From NCBI GenBank assembly GCA_963701245.1, contig OY969576.1, positions 208,456 through 272,455 on the forward strand: 64,000 bases of DNA. Direction: 5' to 3'. How positions within the stretch are numbered: position 1 is the first letter of the stretch; each line of letters starts with the position of its first letter. Source of the DNA: an uncultured bacterium. GTDB taxonomy: Bacteria > Patescibacteriota > Saccharimonadia > Saccharimonadales > UBA4665. The notes below the pieces were generated by a model. That model worked only from the letters and a program-made list of their open reading frames with translations. It had not been told where the DNA came from and ran no database searches. Below, one piece after another: positions 16,609 to 24,549 of the stretch. A program made the translations under genes and the position numbers.

Positions 16609-17026
16609 TGGCTCCGGGGACTGGATTCGAACCAGCGACCTAGTGGTTACACGTATTCCCTATTTTCATAGTGGCGTGGACTATCTCATCATCCAAATCA
16701 TATGGATGCAGGGCGCTAATGAGAGATTATTGTTAGGCTCACTCTCTAGTCTCTGAACCTTCCAGAACCCTTTAACCTAGTTCTGGCTTGGCTGCGGATT
16801 ACCTTGATCAATATGATTGTAGGCTTCCCGCAATTCACCCTGTTTTCACTGTTTAATTTATTAAACAGGCTGCACTTAAAATCTTGAAAGTTTTGGACTG
16901 TAGTTTACATTTGTTAATTTAATCCAAAAACTTCAACGACGTTGCATAAAATAGATAATTTCATCTAAAAAATTGCATATAATTTGTGTCGTACAGCCAC
17001 CCGCTCTACCGCTGAGCTACCCCGGA
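16609..17026 (-). tRNA. tRNA-Asn(GUU) interrupted by a group I intron (exons 16993-17026 and 16609-16649)
   Basis: The joined exons give a 75-nt cloverleaf, UCCGGGG-UA-GCUC-AGCGGUA-GAGC-G-GGUGG-CUGUUAA-CCACU-AGGUC-GCUGG-UUCGAAU-CCAGU-CCCCGGA-G-CCA. U1-A72 and G73 fit bacterial tRNA-Asn. Confidence 0.8.
16650..16992 (-). ncRNA. Group I intron (tRNA-type, no ORF)
   Basis: Minus strand contains CCGCAGCCAAGCC (16785-16797), GGUUCAGAGACUAG (16746-16759) and GAGAUAGUCC (16678-16687). These match the conserved group I core elements as I recall them from the Tetrahymena and Anabaena introns. The 5' exon ends in U and the intron ends in G. Confidence 0.75.
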
Positions 17027-17045
17027 ATATTAAAGAACAGACAGC

Positions 17046-17074
17046 ATTATATCTGACGTATCCTAGTCGCGCAA
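17046..17074 (-). promoter_or_regulatory. Sigma-70-type promoter for the tRNA gene
   Basis: Minus strand reads TTGCGC, a 17-nt spacer, then TATAAT. The -10 box ends 20 nt upstream of the tRNA 5' end. Confidence 0.55.
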
Positions 17075-17081
17075 ACATAAG

Positions 17082-17549
17082 CTAATTTCTAAATTGTTTT
17101 ATAGCTGTTTGACTTCTTCGCTTGTCGTCACGTTCCTTGAGAGTTTGCCGCTTGTCATAGAGTTTCTTACCGCGGCCCTCAGCTATTCTTACTTTGATGT
17201 ATCTGCCATTTGTCAAAATGTCGAGAGGTATTATAGTTTTACCCTGTTGTTTGGCGGCAATAAATTTCTGTATTTCTTTTCGTTTGGCCAGAAGTTTTCT
17301 GGCCTGTGTTTGTTGATTTTCAGGAATAATGACACCACTAGTGCCACTGATGGTCGCATTTATGAGCCATAGTTCATCGTCTTTAATCGTCACATAAGAG
17401 CCACGTAACTGACCATGACCCATACGTAGGGCCCTTGTTTCAGCACCAGTTAATTGGATGCCTACAATTAATGAATCGTCGAGATTATAGTCGTGACGTG
17501 CACGGCGATTTGAGATAGATTTAGCTTGGTGAGACTTCTTTTTAGACAT
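17082..17549 (-). CDS. smpB: SsrA-binding protein SmpB
   Basis: NRRARHDYNLDDSLIVGIQLTGAE...LRGSYV and a C-terminal basic tail. 155 aa. Confidence 0.9.
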   Translation of the reverse strand: MSKKKSHQAKSISNRRARHDYNLDDSLIVGIQLTGAETRALRMGHGQLRGSYVTIKDDELWLINATISGTSGVIIPENQQTQARKLLAKRKEIQKFIAAKQQGKTIIPLDILTNGRYIKVRIAEGRGKKLYDKRQTLKERDDKRRSQTAIKQFRN

Positions 17550-17590
17550 ACTGACATAGAGTATGAAACATTCAGTAAAACTCCGCTACC

Positions 17591-18688
17591 CTAATTGGAA
17601 GATTTAAACGCTTGTTTTGCAACATTCCAAAGGCTTGGATCGTGTAGTACCTTATAGCGGTAATACCAATATTCAGCTCCCCACATATTGATTTGTTTCA
17701 TCCCGGTGGCTTTACCATAGGTAAAAACGCCTTGAAGTCTGGCTGCATTAATAGATTTATTTTGTTCAACCAAGGATGTTTGAGTAATGGATTGTTCATT
17801 AGGCGGCCAGGCCTCTGCTTGTAACTCGCCGATCATCATATCTTTATGAGTATAAATTTTTTGGACACCAGCAAGAAAAGCGAAAAACCATGCTGGAAAT
17901 GGATACTCAATGTAACGATGGGTATAATTAGCGTCCCATACTCGCCTGTAAATTGAGATACTAAATTCGTCAGGTGTTGGTTGATTGATTGGAAATCCAA
18001 GTGCATTATTACTACGGCCAATGACTATAGGATGCGTGGGGTCAGCCTTTCTCACTTCGTTAAACTCACTTACTAATCGGGCTCGGCTGAAATTGGTACA
18101 AACCCCAAATCCCTTAAGGAAGTATTCATTTTCAAGCTGGTAGCTTTCTAAACTCGGGGAGTTCTTGTAGCGATTCACTACTACAGACATGAATGATTCT
18201 AGTTGTGGTTGCCATACACTCGCTGGTTCGTTTTGGGCCCATGTAGGCATATGGCATTCTGGCCATCGCGGTTGGCGAAGACCAAGCGTTAAGATGATTT
18301 TTGCATGAGCTGCTTGAGCATCTTTAAATTCCCAGTCGAGCTGGCTGAAATCGTAATGTCCAGGGCTTGGTTCGATATCATTCCAATAACTTACGAGACG
18401 AAAATGCTTTACTCCAATGCCCAGTAAGGCGTCAAAGGTTTGTTCGGGATTTAACCCGAGGCTCGAAGCATAATCTGGGATGAAACTGACACCCAGTTGG
18501 AGTGGAATAGATGCTTCAGAATGTATATACCACTGTGCAATACCGTACATTATTCCAAAAATTACGAGGAAGAAGAGTACGGTGACTGTTACTATTTTAT
18601 GCCAAAGACTCTTCTGCCAATATCGGATTGGGAGCTTCTTTAAGTCGCTCATCAGCTGTTTGTTGTACAATCTTGAGCGCTTTGCCAT
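17591..18688 (-). CDS. Membrane-anchored TIM-barrel glycoside hydrolase (clan GH-A, GH5/GH42-like)
   Basis: N-terminal TM helix, then GVKHFRLVSYWNDIEPSPGHYDF and YQLENEYF blocks. Confidence 0.5.
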   Translation of the reverse strand: MAKRSRLYNKQLMSDLKKLPIRYWQKSLWHKIVTVTVLFFLVIFGIMYGIAQWYIHSEASIPLQLGVSFIPDYASSLGLNPEQTFDALLGIGVKHFRLVSYWNDIEPSPGHYDFSQLDWEFKDAQAAHAKIILTLGLRQPRWPECHMPTWAQNEPASVWQPQLESFMSVVVNRYKNSPSLESYQLENEYFLKGFGVCTNFSRARLVSEFNEVRKADPTHPIVIGRSNNALGFPINQPTPDEFSISIYRRVWDANYTHRYIEYPFPAWFFAFLAGVQKIYTHKDMMIGELQAEAWPPNEQSITQTSLVEQNKSINAARLQGVFTYGKATGMKQINMWGAEYWYYRYKVLHDPSLWNVAKQAFKSSN

Positions 18689-18708
18689 ATAATTTTGAAG
18701 ATAGCTAA

Positions 18709-19572
18709 ATGAAAATAAGTATTATTATTCCAGTATACAACGAAGCCGATCGTCTTGATGCGTGCTTGCAAGCGATTCGCAATCAAGCGGAACAGGTCTT
18801 CGAAGTTATAGTCGTAGATAATGCCTCAACAGATCAGTCTGCGACAATTGCACGGTCGTATGACTTTGTGACCGTGCTCAGTGAAAATAGACAAGGTGTG
18901 GTGTTTGCTAGAGATACTGGCTTTAATGCAGCGCATGGCGATATTCTTGGCCGAATTGACGCAGACACACTAATACCGACTGATTGGACGTCGACTATTA
19001 CTAAACTCTTTGCTGATACACGACTTTCTGCAGTTTCGGGCAGCATACACTATTACGATCAAGCGTGGTGGCGAAGCGGCGATAAAATTGATAATTTTTG
19101 TCGTAAACATCTTGCACGGGTGCTGTCGAGATCAAATACCGTCTTTTTACAGGGTGCCAATCTTGCACTACGACGCGATGCCTGGCAATCAATACGTCAC
19201 ACGATGTGTCATTTAGATGGTATACATGAAGACTTTGATTTAGCTATACATTTGCAAATAAAGGGTTTTACAGTCCGATTTGACGAAAGATTACATGCAG
19301 GCATATCTTCACGTCGAGCGGACTCCGATATACTGACCTTCATCCGATATTTACAGGTTTGTCCACGTACTTACGCGGTTCATAATCTTAGGAGCAGAAT
19401 ATATATGTATCCGGTCGGTATACTCTGGATTGCAATCTTTATACCTTCATATATTGGGTATCGCGGCTATGACGCTGCGACCGGCGGGTTCTCTTTTGAG
19501 AAATTTTTATATGCCAAAAAATCACCAACCCGTTTAGATCCTTCTACTATCCTCTACGAAAAATTGAATTAA
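18709..19572 (+). CDS. Family 2 glycosyltransferase
   Basis: ISIIIPVYNEADRL...VVDNASTD...DAD motifs. Confidence 0.8.
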   Translation: MKISIIIPVYNEADRLDACLQAIRNQAEQVFEVIVVDNASTDQSATIARSYDFVTVLSENRQGVVFARDTGFNAAHGDILGRIDADTLIPTDWTSTITKLFADTRLSAVSGSIHYYDQAWWRSGDKIDNFCRKHLARVLSRSNTVFLQGANLALRRDAWQSIRHTMCHLDGIHEDFDLAIHLQIKGFTVRFDERLHAGISSRRADSDILTFIRYLQVCPRTYAVHNLRSRIYMYPVGILWIAIFIPSYIGYRGYDAATGGFSFEKFLYAKKSPTRLDPSTILYEKLN

Positions 19573-20087
19573 GCGAGATTAAGTTTTTCTGATAATTCTT
19601 GGGAATTGAGTTTGCTGCCATCGATCTTGATCACATCTTCGTTGTCAGTGGGCACTTCTAAGTGACTTGCTATGCGGTCAAAGTCTGCTTCTGACATATT
19701 TCCGTAGACACGAGTTCTCTGATTGTCCGATAGTTCTACCGCTCGCTTTTTTGCTAATTCCTTTGGCGTCGTAATCCAGATGACGTAGGCATTTGCATTT
19801 GCGTTCCGAGCAATATCCCTCAAATGTTGACGATCTCTTAAGAAGTTAAAATTTGTGTCAAAAATGACGCATTTGCCGGCTTTTAGTAAATCCGACGTTA
19901 AGTTATTTAGGTACGCATATAATTCGTTGTTTTCGTCATCGGTGTGCTTTGGTTCTCCAAACATCCTTTGCCGTTCATAATCGGCCCACAAGTGGACACC
20001 ACCAGTTTTTTCTTTAATCAGATGGGCAGCCGTGGTTTTACCAGCACCCGGATAGCCAACAAATAAATATAGCGTCGGTTTTTGCAC
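19569..20087 (-). CDS. AAA_33/zeta-toxin-like P-loop kinase
   Basis: LFVGYPGAGKTT Walker A motif. 172 aa. Confidence 0.6.
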   Translation of the reverse strand: MQKPTLYLFVGYPGAGKTTAAHLIKEKTGGVHLWADYERQRMFGEPKHTDDENNELYAYLNNLTSDLLKAGKCVIFDTNFNFLRDRQHLRDIARNANANAYVIWITTPKELAKKRAVELSDNQRTRVYGNMSEADFDRIASHLEVPTDNEDVIKIDGSKLNSQELSEKLNLA

Positions 20088-20128
20088 GATCTTATTGTAG
20101 CAAACCTTATACTTTCCGTGAGCTGTTA

Positions 20129-20863
20129 TTAACTATGTTGCAGTACTAATGATCCGGCATGTTGAAAACTAAAACTAGCATCACGATCGAGAGGATAGAC
20201 TTGAAGTTCCTGATGTACGTCTGGGGGAAGGGTTAATCCGAGCGGTAGTGTTGGCCATCCTGGTTGCAGTTGATTCGTAAAAGGCATTTGGCTGGCATGA
20301 GCTTGGGCGCTATAGTAGGTGCGTTCAATACTAGTTGCGGTTGCGGAGGTCCACCATTCCCCTTCTCCATTGTGATGTACTGTCAGTATATTGACAGGTT
20401 GTGATGGTGTCTCGTCACGAAGCAGAATCGCAGCCCTAAGTGCAATTTGATGGGAAGCATTATGATCTTGATGATCATGAAACCCTAAGGTAGCAAAGGT
20501 GCCGATGTTATGGATCTTGGCCCAGGTTACAGTTTCATAGGCTAAAATTTCTTGCTGATCAGTGAGTTTCCCGTCGTCGCCTGAGGCGAATTCAACCGAT
20601 TTTATGCCTAGACGACGGGCGCCTTCACTTCCTTCTTTTCGTCGATGACCTTTTGCAACATCAAAATTTGGATTCGAAAAGCGGACAAAATTTTTGGTGG
20701 ATGCGGAGCCCAGTGAGTAAATTAATTCATGGGCGACTATGCCATACTTTTCTGCAACTTCAAGTAAACTCCCGAAGGATATATCATCATCCGGGTGGGC
20801 GGTAATTATACCGATTTGACCGACAATTCGTTTTTGTTGAAATAAAGTTTCGATGGAGTTCAT
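20129..20863 (-). CDS. PIG-L/LmbE-family deacetylase
   Basis: ITAHPDDDISFG and HDHQDH motifs. Start moved to MNSIETL, because the longer ORF would run through a terminator hairpin. Confidence 0.7.
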   Translation of the reverse strand: MNSIETLFQQKRIVGQIGIITAHPDDDISFGSLLEVAEKYGIVAHELIYSLGSASTKNFVRFSNPNFDVAKGHRRKEGSEGARRLGIKSVEFASGDDGKLTDQQEILAYETVTWAKIHNIGTFATLGFHDHQDHNASHQIALRAAILLRDETPSQPVNILTVHHNGEGEWWTSATATSIERTYYSAQAHASQMPFTNQLQPGWPTLPLGLTLPPDVHQELQVYPLDRDASFSFQHAGSLVLQHS

Positions 20864-20888
20864 TTGCGAGCGTTTCCTTGTTGAGAAT

Positions 20889-21000
20889 ATAAAAAACAGG
20901 CCCGAGGCCTGCTTCATTCTTGGCAATTAAAGGAAACGAGCCTCGGTCAAGGACAGGAGGCGCAACAACAACTTACATTGAAATTACTGCTTTGTTTCAT
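20889..21000 (-). promoter_or_regulatory. Candidate leader-peptide transcription attenuator (Cys-rich leader)
   Basis: A 17-codon ORF MKQSSNFNVSCCCASCP* (complement 20947..21000). Three mutually exclusive pairings: GCCUC/GAGGC, CCGAGGC/GCCUCGG, and the CAGGCC-UCG-GGCCUG terminator followed by a U6 run (20891-20911). Confidence 0.45.
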
Positions 21001-21064
21001 AAGGCTAAAAGAATTGTACATGGTCTAGCTGGTACGATCAATTCGATGTAGCGACAGTCGTTTT

Positions 21065-21634
21065 TTAATAGTCGATACCTTTATTTGCGATATACCGCTC
21101 ATCAAAATGATGTTTAATTTTGGTCATATTTGTGGCTATGTCAACGAATGTAAGAAATTCATCGGGAAAATCCCGCCCAGTTACACAAAGATTTGTATGT
21201 GGCGAACGACTTTCAAGTAGTTTCTTAAACTGTGCTTTTGAGAGTAGGCCATCGTGCAGGGCATTGTTAATTTCGTCGCAAATCACTAAATCGAAAGATC
21301 CACTACTCACGGCCTTAAGGGCCTCTCTAAATGTTTCACGGGCGGCACGCTTATGATCAGCTGCCGATATATGTGAGGCGCTCAAGTCTCCCGCATTATA
21401 GAAACCTTTGCCTCCTTTATAAAAATATAATTGGTCTTTATATAATTCTTGAATATCGCGGATAAAGACGTGTTCACTTACACCCCAATATTTTATGAAT
21501 TGAATAAAAGCAACATTCCAACGATTGCCGAGAGCACGAGCAAGTAGGCCGAGTGCAGCGCTTGTCTTACCCTTACCTTCCCCAGTATAAACAAGTACTA
21601 GCGATTCTTTTTTCTTAAAATCCTCAAACGCCAT
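21065..21634 (-). CDS. Cob(I)yrinic acid a,c-diamide adenosyltransferase (CobO/BtuR family)
   Basis: VYTGEGKGKTSAALGLLARALG...FIQFIK...DLVICDE...VTGR pattern. Confidence 0.7.
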   Translation of the reverse strand: MAFEDFKKKESLVLVYTGEGKGKTSAALGLLARALGNRWNVAFIQFIKYWGVSEHVFIRDIQELYKDQLYFYKGGKGFYNAGDLSASHISAADHKRAARETFREALKAVSSGSFDLVICDEINNALHDGLLSKAQFKKLLESRSPHTNLCVTGRDFPDEFLTFVDIATNMTKIKHHFDERYIANKGIDY

Positions 21635-21682
21635 ATATAGCTATCCTAGCATGGATAGCGCCCACCTAATTACTCTACAGAT

Positions 21683-21940
21683 TTACGCTTTTACGAGTTT
21701 GTGTTTTTTGAGTGCTTCGTCAATACGTGGTCGGTCAAAGCCGATAATAATAGTACCGCCAATGTCGAGTACGGGGATGCCGCGCTGGCCAGATTTGTTG
21801 ACTGCTTCTAAGCCAGCATGTGGATCGGTTTCGACGTCTTTTTTGACATACTTCACACCTAATTTATCGAGGTATTCCATAGCTGCATGACAAAAGGCGC
21901 ACCATGACGCACTGTATACAATTGGTTCTTCGTTGCTCAT
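21683..21940 (-). CDS. Glutaredoxin/NrdH-like redoxin
   Basis: 85 aa with a CAFC active site and a GIPVL...G motif. Confidence 0.75.
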   Translation of the reverse strand: MSNEEPIVYSASWCAFCHAAMEYLDKLGVKYVKKDVETDPHAGLEAVNKSGQRGIPVLDIGGTIIIGFDRPRIDEALKKHKLVKA

Positions 21941-22040
21941 TACTAGTAATTATACCATTTCGTGTGAGTTAGACATAGATTCAGAAAACCATCCGTTAAT
22001 CGCTTGCTTAACAGATACAAATCTGCTATATTATAGGTAG

Positions 22041-22361
22041 ATGAGCAAACCAACAAAGCCGGCAAAAAAGCCGACTGAGAGACTACATAACTTAGAATCT
22101 GACCTTGAATTGGTTACCGTTAATTCTCCTAAAAAGGAGTTTTATTTGGCAGTGATGAATATGAGTTGGCAACTTGTCATAGTGGTGCTCGTGCCTCTTT
22201 ATATAGGTAGTAGACTGGATACTCACTTTAATACATCTCCGCTCTGGACGCTGGTAGGCTTGCTTCTCGCCCTCATTTGTGTCGCCCTTATTGTCTGGCG
22301 TCAATTCCAACTATTCACGCCAAAAATCCAGAACCAACCCAAAAAGGAAAATCATTCATGA
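22041..22361 (+). CDS. AtpZ/AtpI-family small membrane protein
   Basis: 106 aa, two TM helices, immediately upstream of and overlapping atpB. Confidence 0.6.
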   Translation: MSKPTKPAKKPTERLHNLESDLELVTVNSPKKEFYLAVMNMSWQLVIVVLVPLYIGSRLDTHFNTSPLWTLVGLLLALICVALIVWRQFQLFTPKIQNQPKKENHS

Positions 22362-23212
22362 TGTCATCAGCATTTTTACGATTTGCCGATTCCGGACCGA
22401 CCGTACATGTTGCCCCGGGAGTTGTGGGCCAAATCGGTGGTATTACGATCACTAATTCAATGCTGTATGGTTGGCTTTGCGCACTAATTATCATCGTAGC
22501 CTTTATTTGGACGGCTAAGCGTGTCACGATCAAGCCGAAAGCCGGATTTATTCAAATTGTAGAAATCGGTGTCGACTTTATTACTAACATCGTCGAAGGC
22601 GCCTTTGACGACAAGCACAGGGCCCGTAAATACGTACCCTATTTTGTAACCCTGTTTTTCTTTATTCTATTCAATAATTGGCTAGGCTTATTACCGATCG
22701 TAGGAGAAGGCTTTCAGGCCAATGGCTTTCCGCTGCTTCGTCCTTTTACCGGCGATTTGAACGGGACATTGGCCATCGGAGTGGTTACTATGTTGGTAGT
22801 ATACGGAGCCTCTATTTATGAATCAGGTGGCTTCAGAAAATATCTTGGCCATTTCTTTATCGGCAACCCACTGAATCCACTCTTTTTGATTATCGGACTG
22901 CTCGAAATACTGACTGATCTTACCCGTGTCCTAAGCCTTTCACTTCGACTTTTCTTAAATATTACAATTGGAGAAATTGTCATTGCTGTTTTTTCATACT
23001 TAGGTCATGTTGCAGCACCACTTACTGCCCTACCCTTTACTCTTTTGGAGTTTCTGGTAGCTGCACTCCAGGCCTATATCTTTACCATTCTTAGTACCCA
23101 GTACTTAGCCATTGCGGTTAATCATGCTTCAGAACATGAACGTGACCACTTGACCGAAGATGAGCAACCTGAAACAATAGGGGCAGTAAATGCTGGGAGT
23201 GTCAATGGGTAA
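22358..23212 (+). CDS. atpB: F-type ATP synthase subunit a
   Basis: LSLRLFLNITIGE (conserved Arg helix) and position in the operon. Start set at ATG 22358, overlapping the atpZ stop. Confidence 0.85.
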   Translation: MMSSAFLRFADSGPTVHVAPGVVGQIGGITITNSMLYGWLCALIIIVAFIWTAKRVTIKPKAGFIQIVEIGVDFITNIVEGAFDDKHRARKYVPYFVTLFFFILFNNWLGLLPIVGEGFQANGFPLLRPFTGDLNGTLAIGVVTMLVVYGASIYESGGFRKYLGHFFIGNPLNPLFLIIGLLEILTDLTRVLSLSLRLFLNITIGEIVIAVFSYLGHVAAPLTALPFTLLEFLVAALQAYIFTILSTQYLAIAVNHASEHERDHLTEDEQPETIGAVNAGSVNG

Positions 23213-23260
23213 GTTTCAGCATGGTTTTTTTAATAGTATAGGTAAATAAAGGAGAAAATA

Positions 23261-23518
23261 ATGGGAGTTATAGATTTGCTGGCAGCGACTACAGTAGTGA
23301 CTACACCTGAAGCGCTTCAGACTATCGCGAAAGGTTTGATGATCGGTGGTGGATTCATTGGCCCAGGCATCGGAATTGGTTTAATCGGCGGTAATTATTT
23401 GCAGGCTGTTGGCCGAAATCCAGAAGCAGCAAAGTTCTTAGGTCAAGCCCTGATTTTTGTGGCTATTGTTGAACTTTTCGGATTACTCGCCTTTGCTTCA
23501 ATATTTATCGTCAAATAA
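23261..23518 (+). CDS. atpE: F-type ATP synthase subunit c
   Basis: 85-aa hairpin protein with GIGLIGG, RNPE and a conserved carboxylate helix (IVELFGL). RBS AAAGGAG. Confidence 0.9.
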   Translation: MGVIDLLAATTVVTTPEALQTIAKGLMIGGGFIGPGIGIGLIGGNYLQAVGRNPEAAKFLGQALIFVAIVELFGLLAFASIFIVK

Positions 23519-23608
23519 ACATAGAGGTTATGATTGAGTGTTCATGATTGTAAAGAAAATTCGACTACAGCTAACCGGTAGTATTTTCAAGGAGATAGCG
23601 ATTTAAAT

Positions 23609-24142
23609 ATGGTGCAATTACTCACGACATTTGGTGACAGTTCGTCAGGTTTAGGTGCCTTAGGTTTTGATGGACAGGCTTTTCTGATCCAGTTGATCAC
23701 TTTTATCTTGGCTTTTTTGGTCTTACAGCGATTCGCATTTAAACCAATTATAAAAATACTTCATGAACGGCGAGAAACCATCGAAAGCGGAGTCAGTCTT
23801 GGTGAGGAGATGCGTAAGGAACGCGAAGCGCTGGAGGCAAAAGTAGCTGAAGAGTTGCATGGTGCCAGAAAGCAAGCTGATGCAATTGTCGCCGATGCCC
23901 AAGAAGCTGCTCGTGAGATATCGCGTGATGCTGAAGCAAAAGCTCGCAAAAAAGCCGACATTATCGTGTCTGAAGCTAAGCAACGAACAGAATTGGATGT
24001 GTCGAGGGCGCGCAAACAACTTGAGCGCGACGTGATTGCCTTAGTATCCGATGCGACTGAAGCGATTATAGATGAAAAAATTGACGCGACGAAAGACGCA
24101 AAGCTTATCGACAGGGTTATGAAGGGGTATGCTAAATCATGA
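23609..24142 (+). CDS. atpF: F-type ATP synthase subunit b
   Basis: One N-terminal TM helix plus a long charged helix. Operon position. Confidence 0.85.
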   Translation: MVQLLTTFGDSSSGLGALGFDGQAFLIQLITFILAFLVLQRFAFKPIIKILHERRETIESGVSLGEEMRKEREALEAKVAEELHGARKQADAIVADAQEAAREISRDAEAKARKKADIIVSEAKQRTELDVSRARKQLERDVIALVSDATEAIIDEKIDATKDAKLIDRVMKGYAKS

Positions 24143-24546
24143 AAGTACCTCGACTTAAACTCGCACAGCTAATACGGGATCGGGCTACTTCAGACGAAAA
24201 GTTTGCTGATTTAAGTCGAGAAATTGCCGCTTATTTATTACAGGAAGGACGAACTGGTGAGCTCAATTCTCTCATGCGAGATGTAATAGAACTACGAGCT
24301 GAACAAGGCGAGGTAGAGGCTATTGCGACCAGCGCGTTCCCCTTGTCTGACGAATCTAAGTCAGAAATTATGGCGGTTGTGCGTGAACTATACCCAACTG
24401 CCAAAAGTATTGTCGTGAGCGAAGCACATGATGCCAATGTGATAGGTGGTACTAAACTGGTTATTGCAAATCGCCAGCTTGATGTGAGTGTTCGTTCCAA
24501 GCTTAATCATTTAAAACAATTGACTGCTGTCACAGGAGGAAATTAA
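24139..24546 (+). CDS. atpH: F-type ATP synthase subunit delta (short form)
   Basis: Operon position between b and alpha. 135 aa, shorter than the usual ~180 aa. Confidence 0.7.
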   Translation: MKVPRLKLAQLIRDRATSDEKFADLSREIAAYLLQEGRTGELNSLMRDVIELRAEQGEVEAIATSAFPLSDESKSEIMAVVRELYPTAKSIVVSEAHDANVIGGTKLVIANRQLDVSVRSKLNHLKQLTAVTGGN

Positions 24547-24549
24547 AGC

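Noticed and set aside
16985-16996. Alternative readings of the interrupted anticodon loop: Thr(UGU) with splice after U33, Thr(GGU), or Tyr(GUA).
   Set aside because: Tyr needs a long variable arm, which is absent. GGU gives no U at the 5' splice site. Thr(UGU) is formally possible (U/G rule satisfied), but U1-A72, G73 and the overall sequence fit Asn much better. Kept as a caveat.
16444-17081. Looked for a tmRNA (ssrA) gene next to smpB.
   Set aside because: The only tRNA-like 3' end here belongs to the split tRNA-Asn (G73, not the Ala-type acceptor). I saw no GGGG...UCCACCA-type termini or tag-reading frame. It cannot be excluded elsewhere without a covariance search.
20864-20926. N-terminal 21-aa extension of the PIG-L gene.
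   Set aside because: The extension runs straight through a perfect terminator hairpin plus T-run. The internal ATG has a better RBS (AAGGAAA).
22277-22357. Upstream extension of atpB (ORF track start 22277).
   Set aside because: It would overlap most of the end of the atpZ/I gene. ATG 22358, overlapping the atpZ stop, gives a normal subunit-a N-terminus.
23723-24500. Antisense ORFs within atpF and atpH.
   Set aside because: They are opposite well-supported ATP synthase genes, and their Ser/Ala-rich translations are typical of antisense charged coiled-coil coding sequence.
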